This document shows, in pieces, positions 38,027 through 48,557 of a stretch of 64,000 nt of DNA; the stretch's first letter is position 1, and each line of letters starts with the position of its first letter. A program made the position numbers and the translations under genes. The notes under the pieces are model-generated. The model ran no database searches. It was not told the DNA's origin and saw only the letters and a program-made list of their open reading frames with translations. This stretch comes from an uncultured Trueperaceae bacterium (GTDB taxonomy: Bacteria > Deinococcota > Deinococci > Deinococcales > Trueperaceae): contig CAWCXJ010000013.1 of assembly GCA_963799485.1 (NCBI GenBank), forward strand, positions 32,001 through 96,000, written 5' to 3'.

Positions 38027-38055
38027 ACAGCCTGCGGTAAAAAGGAGTGTGCAGC

Positions 38056-38385
38056 GTGGCGTTACTAAAAGGTGTTATCAAAGAAATAGCGATGATTTTT
38101 ATCGCTGCTTGGCTTGTGCTGGGTTCCCTGGCCGTTCCGAACAAAGTCGCTGACCGGGTGGAATTGGCTCAGGTCAGGCTCGGTTATCCGGTTTGTTTTG
38201 TCGTGCAGGACTCGAGCGGCCTAGCTATCGGGTTACCGGATAGCCCTCCGTTTCCTTACCCTTTAGGCTTTGGAAGTCCCTGGGACAATCCTGCTCGGTT
38301 CTTGTGGGGCAACTTCTGGCTTTCGCTCATTTTGGTATGCGCCGCTGTAAGACTCGCGCTTTACGCACTCAACCGATACAGCTAA
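38056..38385 (+). CDS. Hypothetical membrane protein
   Basis: AAGGAG 8 nt before GTG 38056; two hydrophobic segments. Confidence 0.55.
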   Translation: MALLKGVIKEIAMIFIAAWLVLGSLAVPNKVADRVELAQVRLGYPVCFVVQDSSGLAIGLPDSPPFPYPLGFGSPWDNPARFLWGNFWLSLILVCAAVRLALYALNRYS

Positions 38386-39197
38386 TCATGAGCGGTCTCG
38401 AGCCCCACCTCCCGCTCTTCACTTCTACTAAACCACCGCACAAACACCGTCCCGATGGCAATCAGCATGACCGTCATGTACACCACGCCCATAATCACTC
38501 CGGCAAGCTGCTGGTCTTGCATAGCCGACGTCCCAATCGCCTGCGAAGTGCGTTCGTACCACGGGTAGATCAGGCCGGTCGCAAAAGAAAAAACGCTCGA
38601 GAACGGGTTGTGCGTAAAAATCAGTACGACGAGATAGATAAGTTGCACTTTGTATGACGGGCTCGGGAGCGCGTCCGGTAGCGGATTCATTACGGGCCAC
38701 CACATCAAGACTGCTGCGCCGAAAATCGCAAAATACGTGTAGTAGTGCAGCAAATCGTTTGTAAACATCAAGGTTTTAAGCAGTGCGGGGACGTGAATAA
38801 TTAAAAAGGCCAGGTTGAAGTGGATAACATTGACGACCGGGCGCGTAAAAAACCGTAAAATCGGTTTGATGACGGGGTGGAGCGCCACGGGCGCAATCAG
38901 CCAGCCGGGAATCCCGAGTAAAAAAATTGGCGCGACGACGAAGATAACGAGCATCATCGTCAGCATGTGCGCCGAGAGCAAGAACAATTCGCCGATGGTG
39001 TGGAGCGGTGAGACGAAAATCAGCGTGAGGAGCGTCATGCTGAAGTAGAACAGCAGCGCTTTCATGGTCGGGTAGGTTTCGCCGGGAAAAAAGCGTCGCC
39101 GCAAGGGGCCGGTGCCGAGCGCGTAAAAGAGCACGGCGACGAGCGTCAGCGCTACCGGGAGGGGCTCGAGCCGCCACAAGTTCATCAAGTCGCCCAT
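38382..39197 (-). CDS. Cytochrome c oxidase assembly protein (caa3 CtaG family)
   Basis: LLSAHM, APIFLLGIP, MWWPV, DQQLAGVIM. Confidence 0.88.
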   Translation of the reverse strand: MGDLMNLWRLEPLPVALTLVAVLFYALGTGPLRRRFFPGETYPTMKALLFYFSMTLLTLIFVSPLHTIGELFLLSAHMLTMMLVIFVVAPIFLLGIPGWLIAPVALHPVIKPILRFFTRPVVNVIHFNLAFLIIHVPALLKTLMFTNDLLHYYTYFAIFGAAVLMWWPVMNPLPDALPSPSYKVQLIYLVVLIFTHNPFSSVFSFATGLIYPWYERTSQAIGTSAMQDQQLAGVIMGVVYMTVMLIAIGTVFVRWFSRSEEREVGLETAHD

Positions 39198-39326
39198 ACA
39201 CTATTCTACATTCTACGGTGCTGCGGGCGGGAAGTTTGTCCCCTGATTCTCGCTTGTAAAGTCGGTAAATTTTGCCGGACGTTCAGGTTCTGACCTTTAC
39301 CTTTTTGCCTCTTACACCTTCGTCTC

Positions 39327-40085
39327 CTACCCCTTCGTCTCTGTCGTTGCGGGTTCGGGTACCTCCCCCCCGTGCGCGGCGTCGCTATAATAAGCGTCGA
39401 TCTCACCGGGAATATCTGCTGTTTCGTCTACGACCTTAAAGAGTTCCAGGTCTTTTTCGCGGATGGTGCCGTGTTCCAAAAGCGTTCCCTGCAACCAATC
39501 CAGCAGTCCTTGCCAGTAGCTGCGGCCCACCAGGTAAACCGGAAACGGCAAAATCTTTTTGGTCTGAATGAGCGTCAAGGCCTCGAACAGCTCGTCGATG
39601 GTGCCGAAACCGCCCGGAAACACTACGAACGCCGAAGAATATTTGACCAGCATCACCTTACGGACGAAAAAGTAACGGAACTTCACCTCGTCGGTCTGGT
39701 ACGGGTTCGGCGCTTGCTCAAAGGGCAAATCGACGTTGAGGCCGATGCTGCGCCCGCCCGCCTCATACGCGCCCTTGTTCCCCGCCTCCATTACACCGGG
39801 GCCGCCGCCGGTTATAACGGTGTAGCCGCCCCGGGCCAAAAGCTGCGCGAGCGCTTCGGCCTGGGCGTAGTAGCGGTGGCCTTCTTTAAGGCGCGCCGAA
39901 CCGAAAATCGTCACGGCTTTGGTCACGCCGCTCATCTCTTCAAACCCTTGAACGAATTCGCCCATGATCCGAAAAAGCCGCCACGACTCACCTGCGAGCG
40001 CATCTATAACGTACTGCTGTTCGGGCCTGCCGACAATCGGCGTCGCTTGGCCTCTGGGGTTGTCCGGTCTCAGGTCATCTGGCAT
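39327..40085 (-). CDS. LOG-family (TIGR00730-like) nucleotide phosphoribohydrolase
   Basis: FGSAR, TGGGPGVMEA, YFFVRK, PGGFGTIDE; TAGACT 5 nt before ATG 40085. Confidence 0.92.
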   Translation of the reverse strand: MPDDLRPDNPRGQATPIVGRPEQQYVIDALAGESWRLFRIMGEFVQGFEEMSGVTKAVTIFGSARLKEGHRYYAQAEALAQLLARGGYTVITGGGPGVMEAGNKGAYEAGGRSIGLNVDLPFEQAPNPYQTDEVKFRYFFVRKVMLVKYSSAFVVFPGGFGTIDELFEALTLIQTKKILPFPVYLVGRSYWQGLLDWLQGTLLEHGTIREKDLELFKVVDETADIPGEIDAYYSDAAHGGEVPEPATTETKG

Positions 40086-40116
40086 TTGCCAGTCTACCGC
40101 GCGCCGAGCCTGAAGG

Positions 40117-40755
40117 TTAATCCTCACTCACCGGATAGCGGCGGCTGCCGGTAACCGCCACAACAACGAGCAGCAGGTAAAACACGCCGACGAGACCCGC
40201 GACCACCGCGCCCGAAACCGGGCCGATAGAGGCTTCTGCAAGCGCACCCCGGCTGTCTTGATGCATCACCGTCAGCTTGCCCCACCACGCCAGAGTGAGC
40301 GCGGTGTAGACCCACAAATAGGTGCGCCGGAGCCGCCAGCCGAGCGCGGCGAGCTGCGACACGGGGCTTTCGGGTTCGCGCAGGTCGTCTAGCAGCGTCT
40401 TTTCCCAGTCCGGTTCGGGCGCGCCACCCAACGCTTCGGCGAAAAAGCCCAGCTCGAGCAACCTCACGCGTCGGTGCGCCGTCTCATAGATGCGAAACCG
40501 CCGGGCCTCGAGGTTCAAAAAAAAGAGCGTCAAGACCATCGCGAAGATAAATACGACGTGGGACACCGCCGGATTACCGAGGGCGAAGGTCACAATCCCG
40601 GCGGTGGTGACGACGGCCCAGTTGGTTGTCGTGTCGAGCCGCACCCGGTACGAGGTCATCCGGCCCAGTTCGCCGCGGTAGAGGTGAATCAGGCTGTTCG
40701 TCTCGTTGCTGTCTCTTTGAACGTCCTGGCTTTTGTCCTGAGCTGATGGCGTCAC
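40117..40755 (-). CDS. DUF2270-family membrane protein
   Basis: HLYRGE..RM...R.RLDTTTNWAV and EARR motifs. Confidence 0.85.
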   Translation of the reverse strand: MTPSAQDKSQDVQRDSNETNSLIHLYRGELGRMTSYRVRLDTTTNWAVVTTAGIVTFALGNPAVSHVVFIFAMVLTLFFLNLEARRFRIYETAHRRVRLLELGFFAEALGGAPEPDWEKTLLDDLREPESPVSQLAALGWRLRRTYLWVYTALTLAWWGKLTVMHQDSRGALAEASIGPVSGAVVAGLVGVFYLLLVVVAVTGSRRYPVSED

Positions 40756-40831
40756 GCTTACCAGTATGGCCTGCCGAGCTTTTTACTGCGAGTCTTTTAC
40801 TGTCTGTACGGACACGCGGTAAAGTAGCAGG

Positions 40832-41275
40832 GTGAACGACCGGAACCGCTACGCCTACACCCTCCGGGTTAGGCCGGACGAAATCGACGAACTCGGACAC
40901 GTGAACAACACCGTGTACCTGCGTTACGCCGAGGACGTGGCGCGGGCCCACTCGGACGCGCTCGGTCTGACCTTGAAGGTCTATAAAGAACTCGGCGTCG
41001 TACCGGTCGTGCGGCGGCACACCATCACCTACTTTCAGAGCGCGGTGTTGGGCGACGAGATAACCGTAAGCACCTGCGTCGAGGCGTTTAAGGGTGCGCG
41101 GGCCGGTCGGACGACCAAGCTGGAGCGTCAAGGCGGCGTCCTCCTTGCCGAGGTCGAAACCGAATGGGTCTGGATTACCGTAACGCGGGGCCGCCCGACG
41201 CGCGTACCGCAAAAGGTCTTGGAGGCCTTCGGGCTGGGCAACGAGGTTCACACCGGTCAGATTAAGGGTTGGTGA
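40832..41275 (+). CDS. Acyl-CoA thioesterase (4HBT/YbgC-like)
   Basis: EIDELGHVNNTVYL motif. Confidence 0.9.
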   Translation: MNDRNRYAYTLRVRPDEIDELGHVNNTVYLRYAEDVARAHSDALGLTLKVYKELGVVPVVRRHTITYFQSAVLGDEITVSTCVEAFKGARAGRTTKLERQGGVLLAEVETEWVWITVTRGRPTRVPQKVLEAFGLGNEVHTGQIKGW

Positions 41276-41332
41276 AGCTTTGCTTTCAGCCCTTCTGTTA
41301 GACTGGCGGCAGTTTCTAACGGGAGGTTGTCC

Positions 41333-42040
41333 TTGCTGCGTACTTACGTTTTACCTTTGGTCTGCCTGCTGCTCTTAAGCGCCTGCGCGCCGACATTTTT
41401 GGGCCGTACCCCGACCCCGGCTGCTCCCGGCGTGCGCGAAACGAGCCTCAGCGCGGGGTATCCGTTCGGGCTGACCGAGCCGCCGCCTAGAGGTGCGGAG
41501 TACGGTGTCGACCCGGCTTACTGGCCCGTCCCCTTGCCGCTAGGCCTCCGCATCGCCTACGGCAGAAGTGAAACGTTAGAAACGAACCTCGAGCTGATGA
41601 CCATAATCGCCAGTTTTGGAGCGCGTTACGGCGTCAAAAAACGTTTTAGAGAAGCGCCTGTAGAACTCGCGTTCGATTACGGCGGCTCGCTTTACCTTTC
41701 AAATGTCGGTGTCGATGCGGGCATCTTGGCGGCTGTGCCGCTCGGAGACGCCAAACTTTACGGCGGGTTGCGCGGTTTCGGGTCTTATGCGTTTGGCAAA
41801 TATCTCGTGGGTGGCGACCTCGGGGATGAAAGCCTTAACGAATTCGGTGGTGCGGTGGCGCTGACTGTAGGTAGCGAGGTGCCCCTAAAAGCCAGTCAAA
41901 GTGTGATGCTCGAGCTGACCTTGCTCACCAATCTCTACAACGGCATTACCGACTGCGGCATTTTTGCTCCTGAAGGTTGCGTGCTTTCGTCCCAACCAGT
42001 AGGGTTCTCGCTGGTTCCGGCGGTTACGTTTAACTTCTAA
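41333..42040 (+). CDS. Hypothetical lipoprotein, possibly beta-barrel-like
   Basis: GGGAGG 6 nt before TTG 41333; lipobox LSAC; ends in TFNF. Confidence 0.65.
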   Translation: MLRTYVLPLVCLLLLSACAPTFLGRTPTPAAPGVRETSLSAGYPFGLTEPPPRGAEYGVDPAYWPVPLPLGLRIAYGRSETLETNLELMTIIASFGARYGVKKRFREAPVELAFDYGGSLYLSNVGVDAGILAAVPLGDAKLYGGLRGFGSYAFGKYLVGGDLGDESLNEFGGAVALTVGSEVPLKASQSVMLELTLLTNLYNGITDCGIFAPEGCVLSSQPVGFSLVPAVTFNF

Positions 42041-44334
42041 GACCGTAAATACGCCACCGTGACGCCGTGCCCACCTTCATACGGCGGCGCATCTTCGTAG
42101 CGCTCGACCCGTTTTTCGTTTTTGAGGTAGGTTCTTACCGCGTCGCGGAGCGTCCCTGTCCCTTTGCCGTGCAAGATGCGGACGCGCGGAGATTTAAGCG
42201 CGTGGGCCTCGAGCACAAAATCGCGCACCTTTTCTAAAGCCGGTTCAACCCGTTCGGCGCGGATGTTGAGTTCGTCGTCGAAACGCGTCGGGGCGGTGTA
42301 GCCTGACTGCTTTTTGACTTTCGGTTGTGCCTGGAGCTTGACGCTGCTTTTCGGCACCGTTACTTTGAGCAGCCCGAGTTGCACGACCACTTCACTTCCG
42401 CGTACCTCGACAATGGGCCCTTTGGCTCCGTACGACTCGACGTAAACGGTTGCACCGGGCTCAAGCGTCGGTTTTTTACGCTCTGAAGGCAGCGGAATCT
42501 TCTGCGCCGCCGGAATTTTCGGTTTGACGTTGCGCCTAAGTTGTTGCAGTTCGTTTAATGCCTGCGAACGTCCCTCAGGATCGCTTGTTGCAGTCCGCTT
42601 GAGCTCTTTGGCACGCTGCAAGGTGTCTTGCAACAGTTCGTCGGCCCGTTCGGCAGCGGCGGCTAGAACCGCGTCCTCGCGGCCCCGTAATTTTTCAATC
42701 TGTTCGCGTAGCACAGCGGCTTCGCGGGCGGCTTCGTCGCGGCCTTGTTCCAGCTGCACCTGGCCCTGCGCCAGCTCGTCGCGCTGCCGCTCCAAAGTCT
42801 GGAGGAGGGTCTCCAAGGCCGCCCCTTCCGGCCCTAGAATCTCTTGCGCCCGCAGCAGCAGTTCATCGGCCAGCCCCAAGCGTTCGGCAATGGCGAGCGC
42901 GTAACTCCGGCCCGGTTGCCCGACGACGAGTTCAAAGCGGGGGGCGAGGTTCGCTACGTCGAAACTCATCGCGGCGTTTTGCACGCCGTCGGTCTCTGAA
43001 GCAAATACCTTTAAGGGGGCCAGGTGCGTGTTGATAAGGCCACGTGCGCCGCTCTTTAAGATGCGCTCGAGAATCGCCCGCGACAACGCCGCACCTTCAT
43101 CGGGGTCGGTACCGGAACCGAGTTCGTCGATGAGCACCAGCACGTCCGGTGCGGCCCGCTCGGAGATCGCCTTGAGGTTTTTCAGGTGCCCCGCATACGT
43201 CGATAAACTCGCCTCGATACTCTGCTCGTCGCCGACGTCGCTCAGGAGCGCCGTAAAGTGCGGCAACGTAGGTTTGTCCTCGGCGGCCACGAAAAGCCCG
43301 CTGTGCGCCATGACTGCCGCCAGCCCGAGCGTCTTTAGGAGCACCGTTTTACCCCCGGCGTTCGGGCCGGTGACGATTAACAGGCGGCGTTCGTCGTCCA
43401 GCGCTACGGTGTTGGGTACACATCCACTGATGAGCGGGTGACGCGCACCCATCAGTTTGACCGTACCGTCCGTGCTAAAACTCGGCTGCGTAAGCCGCCA
43501 GTCTTTTGCCAGCCGTGCGCTCGCCGCCACCAGGTCAAGTTCGGCCAGGGTCTCCAACGTTTCGTCCAGACCCGGTTCAAACGCTAAGCGCTGCCCGAGC
43601 GAAATCAAGATGCGCCGCACCTCGTCGCGTTCTTCAAACTCCAGGAGCGCCAGCTCGTTGTTCAGCGGTACGATACTTTGCGGTTCGACGAAAACCGTCG
43701 CGCCCGAGTCCGAGGTGTCCAAAACGATACCCGGCACCCGCGACTGTGACGAGGCCCGCACCGGAATTACATAACGGTCGCGCCGCAGCGTGATGAGGTT
43801 GTCCTGGACGAACTCGGCGTAGCGGCCCAACAGCTCTTGCAGGCGGTCGCGGATACGGCCCCGGAGCGGATTCAGGCGGCGGCGGATTTCGCGGAGTTTG
43901 GGCGTCGCGTCGTCGCGGACGCGTCCGTCCGGGTCGAGCTGTTCGCGCACCAAACGCAGCGCCCCGTCGAAACTACCGAGTTGCCGTGCCAGTTCGGACA
44001 AGGCCGGGCGCTCAGACGCCAGGATGCTCCGTTTGACCGTGCCCGACGCGTCCATCGTGTAGGCGATTTCTAGCAGCTCGAGCCCCTCCAACACCCGTCC
44101 GTCCCGCACGCGCTCCAGCAGAGGCCGGATATCGTGAACGCCGCCCAAAGACAGGTCGGAGCCTGAGAGCGCCTCGGCGGTGCGCACCCACGCCCGTTCC
44201 GTTTCAAAACGGCTTAGCTCCGGCGAAACGGCGAGCGCCCGCTCTACGCCCAAGGACGAGGCGGCGCGCTCACTGAGCGCCGCTTGGATGCGGGGAAAGT
44301 CGAGCTTTTGCAGCGTGGTGGCGGTGACGTTCAC
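42037..44334 (-). CDS. mutS2: Endonuclease MutS2
   Basis: TGPNAGGKT, DEQSIEASLSTY, DELGSGTDP, C-terminal Smr (HGKGTG); TATAAT upstream. Confidence 0.96.
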   Translation of the reverse strand: MNVTATTLQKLDFPRIQAALSERAASSLGVERALAVSPELSRFETERAWVRTAEALSGSDLSLGGVHDIRPLLERVRDGRVLEGLELLEIAYTMDASGTVKRSILASERPALSELARQLGSFDGALRLVREQLDPDGRVRDDATPKLREIRRRLNPLRGRIRDRLQELLGRYAEFVQDNLITLRRDRYVIPVRASSQSRVPGIVLDTSDSGATVFVEPQSIVPLNNELALLEFEERDEVRRILISLGQRLAFEPGLDETLETLAELDLVAASARLAKDWRLTQPSFSTDGTVKLMGARHPLISGCVPNTVALDDERRLLIVTGPNAGGKTVLLKTLGLAAVMAHSGLFVAAEDKPTLPHFTALLSDVGDEQSIEASLSTYAGHLKNLKAISERAAPDVLVLIDELGSGTDPDEGAALSRAILERILKSGARGLINTHLAPLKVFASETDGVQNAAMSFDVANLAPRFELVVGQPGRSYALAIAERLGLADELLLRAQEILGPEGAALETLLQTLERQRDELAQGQVQLEQGRDEAAREAAVLREQIEKLRGREDAVLAAAAERADELLQDTLQRAKELKRTATSDPEGRSQALNELQQLRRNVKPKIPAAQKIPLPSERKKPTLEPGATVYVESYGAKGPIVEVRGSEVVVQLGLLKVTVPKSSVKLQAQPKVKKQSGYTAPTRFDDELNIRAERVEPALEKVRDFVLEAHALKSPRVRILHGKGTGTLRDAVRTYLKNEKRVERYEDAPPYEGGHGVTVAYLRS

Positions 44335-44525
44335 AAACAAAAATTATACCGGTTTGGGCGGCGAGACTTATAGCGAGAAGCTACGCTTGGAACGCTACGC
44401 TGCCGGTGTCGTCGGCCTTAAGGTCAAGTCTGGAGAAGGGCTCAAGGTTCTCGGCGACTTTTCAAAAACACAACCGCGCCTAAAGAGCTTCTGCCCGACA
44501 AAACCTCACCTCTTTCGTTCAGAAG

Positions 44526-45458
44526 CTACGCGTGCCCGGTTCGCAAAATTTCCCGCAGCTCTAAGGTCAACACCTGCACCGCTACCCCCGGCGACGCATA
44601 CGCCGCTAACGCCGCCTCACACCGCTCGAGCGCCGCCAATCCCGCTGCATACGCCCCGCCGGGCCATTCGCTCAGGCGGGCGCGGAGAAGCTCGGAAACG
44701 CTGAAGCGGGCGTCTTCCGACCAGGCTTTCTCTAAAGCGTCGGCCCGTTCAAACGCCTCTTCCAGACCTTTGGGCAGCGCCAGCAGGTAGTCGTGCACGA
44801 CGCTGAGCTGCGCGGAAAACGCGTCCGGATGTTCAGCAGCCTCCAAAAGTTCGCCGATACGCCCGAGCCTGGCTGCCGGGTGCGGTTCAGGCAGGGCGAT
44901 AGGGGCGTCAACCGCGCCGAAACGAACCGTCACGCTCCTCGAGACAATCGTCGGCAACACGCTTTCCACGCTCGGCGCGATAAGAATTACGACCGCATAC
45001 GAGGGCGGTTCTTCTAAAAACTTGAGAAAGGCGTTGGCGGCGGCGGGGCTCAGCAGGTCGGCTCCGTCGATGATGCCGACGCGTTTGGCGAAGCGGGGAC
45101 GGGCCTCGAGCCAGGTGCTTAGGGGTGTATCGGGGCTGTCTTCGCGCGCTACGAGGTCGCCGATACGGAGCTGCGGACGGCGGCTGCGGCGGCCCGTTTT
45201 GGTCTCTAACACCGGGGCGAGTTCGCGCAGGTCGGGGTGGTCGCCCGCAGTGAAAAGCCGGCAGCTCTCGCATTCGCCGCACGGCTCTGCGGCTGCATTC
45301 AGGCAGTTGAGCAGCTGCGCGTACCAGCGCGCAACCACCCTTCGTCCGACACGCGGCGGGCCGACAAAAAGGAGTGTATGCGCGCGCCCGTTTACGCCAA
45401 GACCGCGCAGGGTCGCCCGCGCCTCGTCGTGACCGATAAGGGCCGGGGAAGTGCTCAA
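44526..45458 (-). CDS. holB: DNA polymerase III delta' subunit
   Basis: LIGH, CGECESC, HPD, ANAFLKFLEEPP, LPTIVSRS; TTG start right after the upstream stop. Confidence 0.88.
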   Translation of the reverse strand: MSTSPALIGHDEARATLRGLGVNGRAHTLLFVGPPRVGRRVVARWYAQLLNCLNAAAEPCGECESCRLFTAGDHPDLRELAPVLETKTGRRSRRPQLRIGDLVAREDSPDTPLSTWLEARPRFAKRVGIIDGADLLSPAAANAFLKFLEEPPSYAVVILIAPSVESVLPTIVSRSVTVRFGAVDAPIALPEPHPAARLGRIGELLEAAEHPDAFSAQLSVVHDYLLALPKGLEEAFERADALEKAWSEDARFSVSELLRARLSEWPGGAYAAGLAALERCEAALAAYASPGVAVQVLTLELREILRTGHA

Positions 45459-45459
45459 G

Positions 45460-46206
45460 CTAGCGGCCCTTGCCGAGCCGCGCCGCCAGCGACAAAGGGT
45501 AATCGGCGTCTTTGACAAGTCGCTGCACCATGCCGACGTCGAAAGGCACCCGGTAATGCTCCAAGGTGCGCGCGTCTTCGTCGTAAACGGCGTAGGAGGC
45601 GAGCGGAATCCCGTCCCGAGGTTGCCCGACCGAGCCCGGGTTAAAGAGCACTCGAGCGTTCGGCGGGATGCGGTAACTTGTTTTTTCTCTTGTTAAGGGA
45701 ATGCTCCGGGAGAGTTTTCGTCTACCGTGTTCGGTAAACAAGTAGATGATCGGGACGTGGGTATGGCCGAAAAAGAGCAGCGGGCGCGACATCCGGGGCG
45801 GCTCGTTCCGGGCGCGCTCGAGCGAATCGACGTAATCCCACGAACCGGCCAAGGTGCTGTGAACGGCCTCCCAGGTTTCCCCGAAGGCGTAGCGGGGCAG
45901 CTGCGCCAAAAAGCTCCGGGCAGGGACGCTCAGCCGGGTTCGCTGTTGGTCCAAAACCTCGGTGACGACGCTCCGAAAAGTGCCGTCGCCGGTGGGCTCG
46001 AGTAAAATCGCGTCGTGGTTACCCAAAATTCCTGCTGTCAGGGGCAGCGTCCGGAGCAGCGTTACGACCTCTTCGGGTTGCGGGTAGTAACCTACCGCGT
46101 CGCCTAAAAAGATGACCTGTTGCCAGTTCTGCGTTTCGGCGTGTTGTAAAACCGCCGTAAGTGCGACGGCGTTGGCGTGGACGTCGCTAAGGAGCAGATA
46201 ACGCAT
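45460..46206 (-). CDS. Metallophosphoesterase (calcineurin-like)
   Basis: SDVHAN, GDAVGY, GNHD, GHTH, NPGSVGQPRD. Confidence 0.93.
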   Translation of the reverse strand: MRYLLLSDVHANAVALTAVLQHAETQNWQQVIFLGDAVGYYPQPEEVVTLLRTLPLTAGILGNHDAILLEPTGDGTFRSVVTEVLDQQRTRLSVPARSFLAQLPRYAFGETWEAVHSTLAGSWDYVDSLERARNEPPRMSRPLLFFGHTHVPIIYLFTEHGRRKLSRSIPLTREKTSYRIPPNARVLFNPGSVGQPRDGIPLASYAVYDEDARTLEHYRVPFDVGMVQRLVKDADYPLSLAARLGKGR

Positions 46207-46282
46207 GTTCTGCTACTTTATCAGGTTGACAGGCGCGCGCAGTCGTCACGTGCCTGCCAGCGGCGCGGGCTATACTTGAGAG

Positions 46283-47404
46283 GTGACGCGCGCTCTCTGC
46301 CGGAAGCTTTTGTGGACTGTTTTAGGGACTGTGCTGCTCTTTGGGAGTAGCGCGCACGCCCAGATCGTCGTCCCCGACTTCGGGGTGCAGGGTGACGTAC
46401 CCGCTGTTATGGTCGAGCGCTTTATGAAGATTTTCCGGCAACAGCTCGGACTCCGCACGGGTTTAAGCGTGTTGCCGGGGACGACCGCCGCACAGACTTT
46501 GGTGGGCCGTTTGGAACCCGACGTCGCCGCCGCGATTGCTACTCTGGGCGGCGGTCGCTACAGCGTTTCCGGCGAGGTTATCGCGCGCGATACGGGCCTT
46601 AGCGAGACCAACTACACCGTCAACTTGCTCGTTATCGACGCGCGCACGCGCCGCACCTCCGACCTTTTCAGTCAACCTTTGGAACGTACCGACGTGCCCG
46701 CCGCCGTCGCCACGCTGACGCGGGCAGTCGGCGCGTTCGTCAACCCGGCGAGTTTGCCCGCGCGCGGCTCGGCAAGTTTGTTTATCACCAGTGAGCCGGG
46801 TGACGCTTCGGTTTATCTAAACGGCGTCGAGGTCGGGACGACCGCCAACCCGCTCTTGCCGCTTGCCCCCGGACGTTACGAAGTCGAGGTGCGTAAAGAG
46901 GGCTTTTTACCCGAGAGCGATACGGTCGCCCTCGAGATGGACGAAACGCAGTTTTTGGCCTTTTCGCTCACCGAGATTCGCGGCGGCAGTATCCTGGTCA
47001 GCAGTGTGCCCACAGCCGAAGTGTTGCTCGACGGTCGCAGCGTCGGGCAGACCCCGCTGACGACCCAGGCAGAGCCGGGAGTACGCACGCTCCGCCTGAC
47101 CCGGCCGGGTTTTAGGCCGACTGTACAGTCGGTTACGGTGCGCAACTTTTTCGTCTCGCGGGTGCCGGAAGTAAGGCTCGAGCCCAACTATCAAAACCTC
47201 GTCTTCTGGACGCCTTTGACCGGCTTTAGCGTAACGGTCGACGGGGTGGCGCGGCCCCGCAACTTCGCCCCCAACTTGCAACCGGGCATACACCGGGCCG
47301 TCTTGTCGCGGGGCGGCGTCGATATCCCCTTTACCTTCGAGCTGCCGCGCCCCGGCGTCTTTGAACTCGACGTACAAACGCGTGAACTCACCAGGCTCGA
47401 GTAG
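46283..47404 (+). CDS. Secreted PEGA-domain protein
   Basis: Signal peptide; ITSEPGDASVYLNG and SSVPTAEVLLDG..VGQTP repeats. Confidence 0.85.
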   Translation: MTRALCRKLLWTVLGTVLLFGSSAHAQIVVPDFGVQGDVPAVMVERFMKIFRQQLGLRTGLSVLPGTTAAQTLVGRLEPDVAAAIATLGGGRYSVSGEVIARDTGLSETNYTVNLLVIDARTRRTSDLFSQPLERTDVPAAVATLTRAVGAFVNPASLPARGSASLFITSEPGDASVYLNGVEVGTTANPLLPLAPGRYEVEVRKEGFLPESDTVALEMDETQFLAFSLTEIRGGSILVSSVPTAEVLLDGRSVGQTPLTTQAEPGVRTLRLTRPGFRPTVQSVTVRNFFVSRVPEVRLEPNYQNLVFWTPLTGFSVTVDGVARPRNFAPNLQPGIHRAVLSRGGVDIPFTFELPRPGVFELDVQTRELTRLE

Positions 47405-47534
47405 CGCCGGGTCATTAGCGACAATCCAAAGACGACCTCCTAAAGAAAATCTCGTCACAGGCGCTTCGCGAGCTTTCGCGCCAAGCTTGTCTTGAACACA
47501 TCGTTCAGACGCTCTTTCGCTAAAGCCGGTTGCT

Positions 47535-48557
47535 TCAGCCTAAATAATGTGTCAGCAACGTCAAAGACGCCTCTACGTCACGTTTGGCGACCATTTCGGT
47601 GACGGTGTGAACATAACGCGACGGAATGGAAAGCGTCAGGCTGGCGACGCCGGCGCGTGAACGTTGTACCGCGCCGGCGTCGGTACCGCCCAGCGGCAGC
47701 AGTTCAAACTGATAGGGAACCCCTTGTGCTTCAGCCAGGGCGACAAATTCATCGAGTAGCCAACGCGTACTGATCGACGCCGAATCCATGACCTTGAGCG
47801 CCACCCCGCCGCCCAACTGCGTGACGCGCTGCTCGCTCGGTGTACCCGGAATATCGACAGCGAGCGTGGTGTCGAGGGCGACGCCGATGTCGGGTTTTAC
47901 GGCGAAGGCTGCGGTCTGGGCGCCGCGCAACCCGACCTCTTCTTGGACGCTGAAAACGGCGTAGACGTCGTGTTTGGGATTCTCGAGCGTTTTCAAGAGT
48001 TCGACCAGGATAAAACAGTTGACCCGGTCGTCCAGCGCTTTGCCGGTCACGACCGCGCCCAAGTCGACGAACGGTTGCCGTAAAGTCAGCGGATCGCCGA
48101 GCCGTACTTTTTCTTTTACGGTCTCGGCGGGGAGGCCGGTATCGACGATAAACTCGGGAAGCTTCGGAACCTTTTCGCGTTCTTCGGGACTCGAGATATG
48201 CACCGGTTTGACGCCGGGGTTCATCACCCCGACGAGCGCGCCGCTGCCGGCGTGAACTGTCACCTGCCGGGCAAAGAGGTTGCGCGTATCGAAGCCGCCG
48301 ACGTTTTGCACCCGTAAAAAACCGTCTTCGTCGATAAAGCGCACGTAAAAGCCGATTTCGTCCATGTGCGCGGCGAGCATGACCCGCTTCGCGCCGTCTT
48401 GTGCTGCTTTCTTGTGGGCGATAAGGTTGCCCATCGTATCGGTCTCGAGGCTGTCTACTACACCCTCCAACTCGGCGCTGAGCAGCTCACGGATACCCTC
48501 TTCCCGGCCCGGCACCCCGGCAGCTTCGGAGAGCCTTTTGAGCAGGTCGTAATCCAT
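47535..48557 (-). CDS. M42-family metallo-aminopeptidase
   Basis: AAHMDEIG, KALDDR, VQEEVGLRGA, GGTDA, RYVH; TAATG overlap with the upstream gene. Confidence 0.94.
   Translation of the reverse strand: MDYDLLKRLSEAAGVPGREEGIRELLSAELEGVVDSLETDTMGNLIAHKKAAQDGAKRVMLAAHMDEIGFYVRFIDEDGFLRVQNVGGFDTRNLFARQVTVHAGSGALVGVMNPGVKPVHISSPEEREKVPKLPEFIVDTGLPAETVKEKVRLGDPLTLRQPFVDLGAVVTGKALDDRVNCFILVELLKTLENPKHDVYAVFSVQEEVGLRGAQTAAFAVKPDIGVALDTTLAVDIPGTPSEQRVTQLGGGVALKVMDSASISTRWLLDEFVALAEAQGVPYQFELLPLGGTDAGAVQRSRAGVASLTLSIPSRYVHTVTEMVAKRDVEASLTLLTHYLG

Noticed and set aside
44400..44430. MerR-type promoter (minus-strand TTGACCTTAAGG) between holB and mutS2
   Set aside because: No convincing extended dyad or properly spaced -10, and no MerR gene nearby
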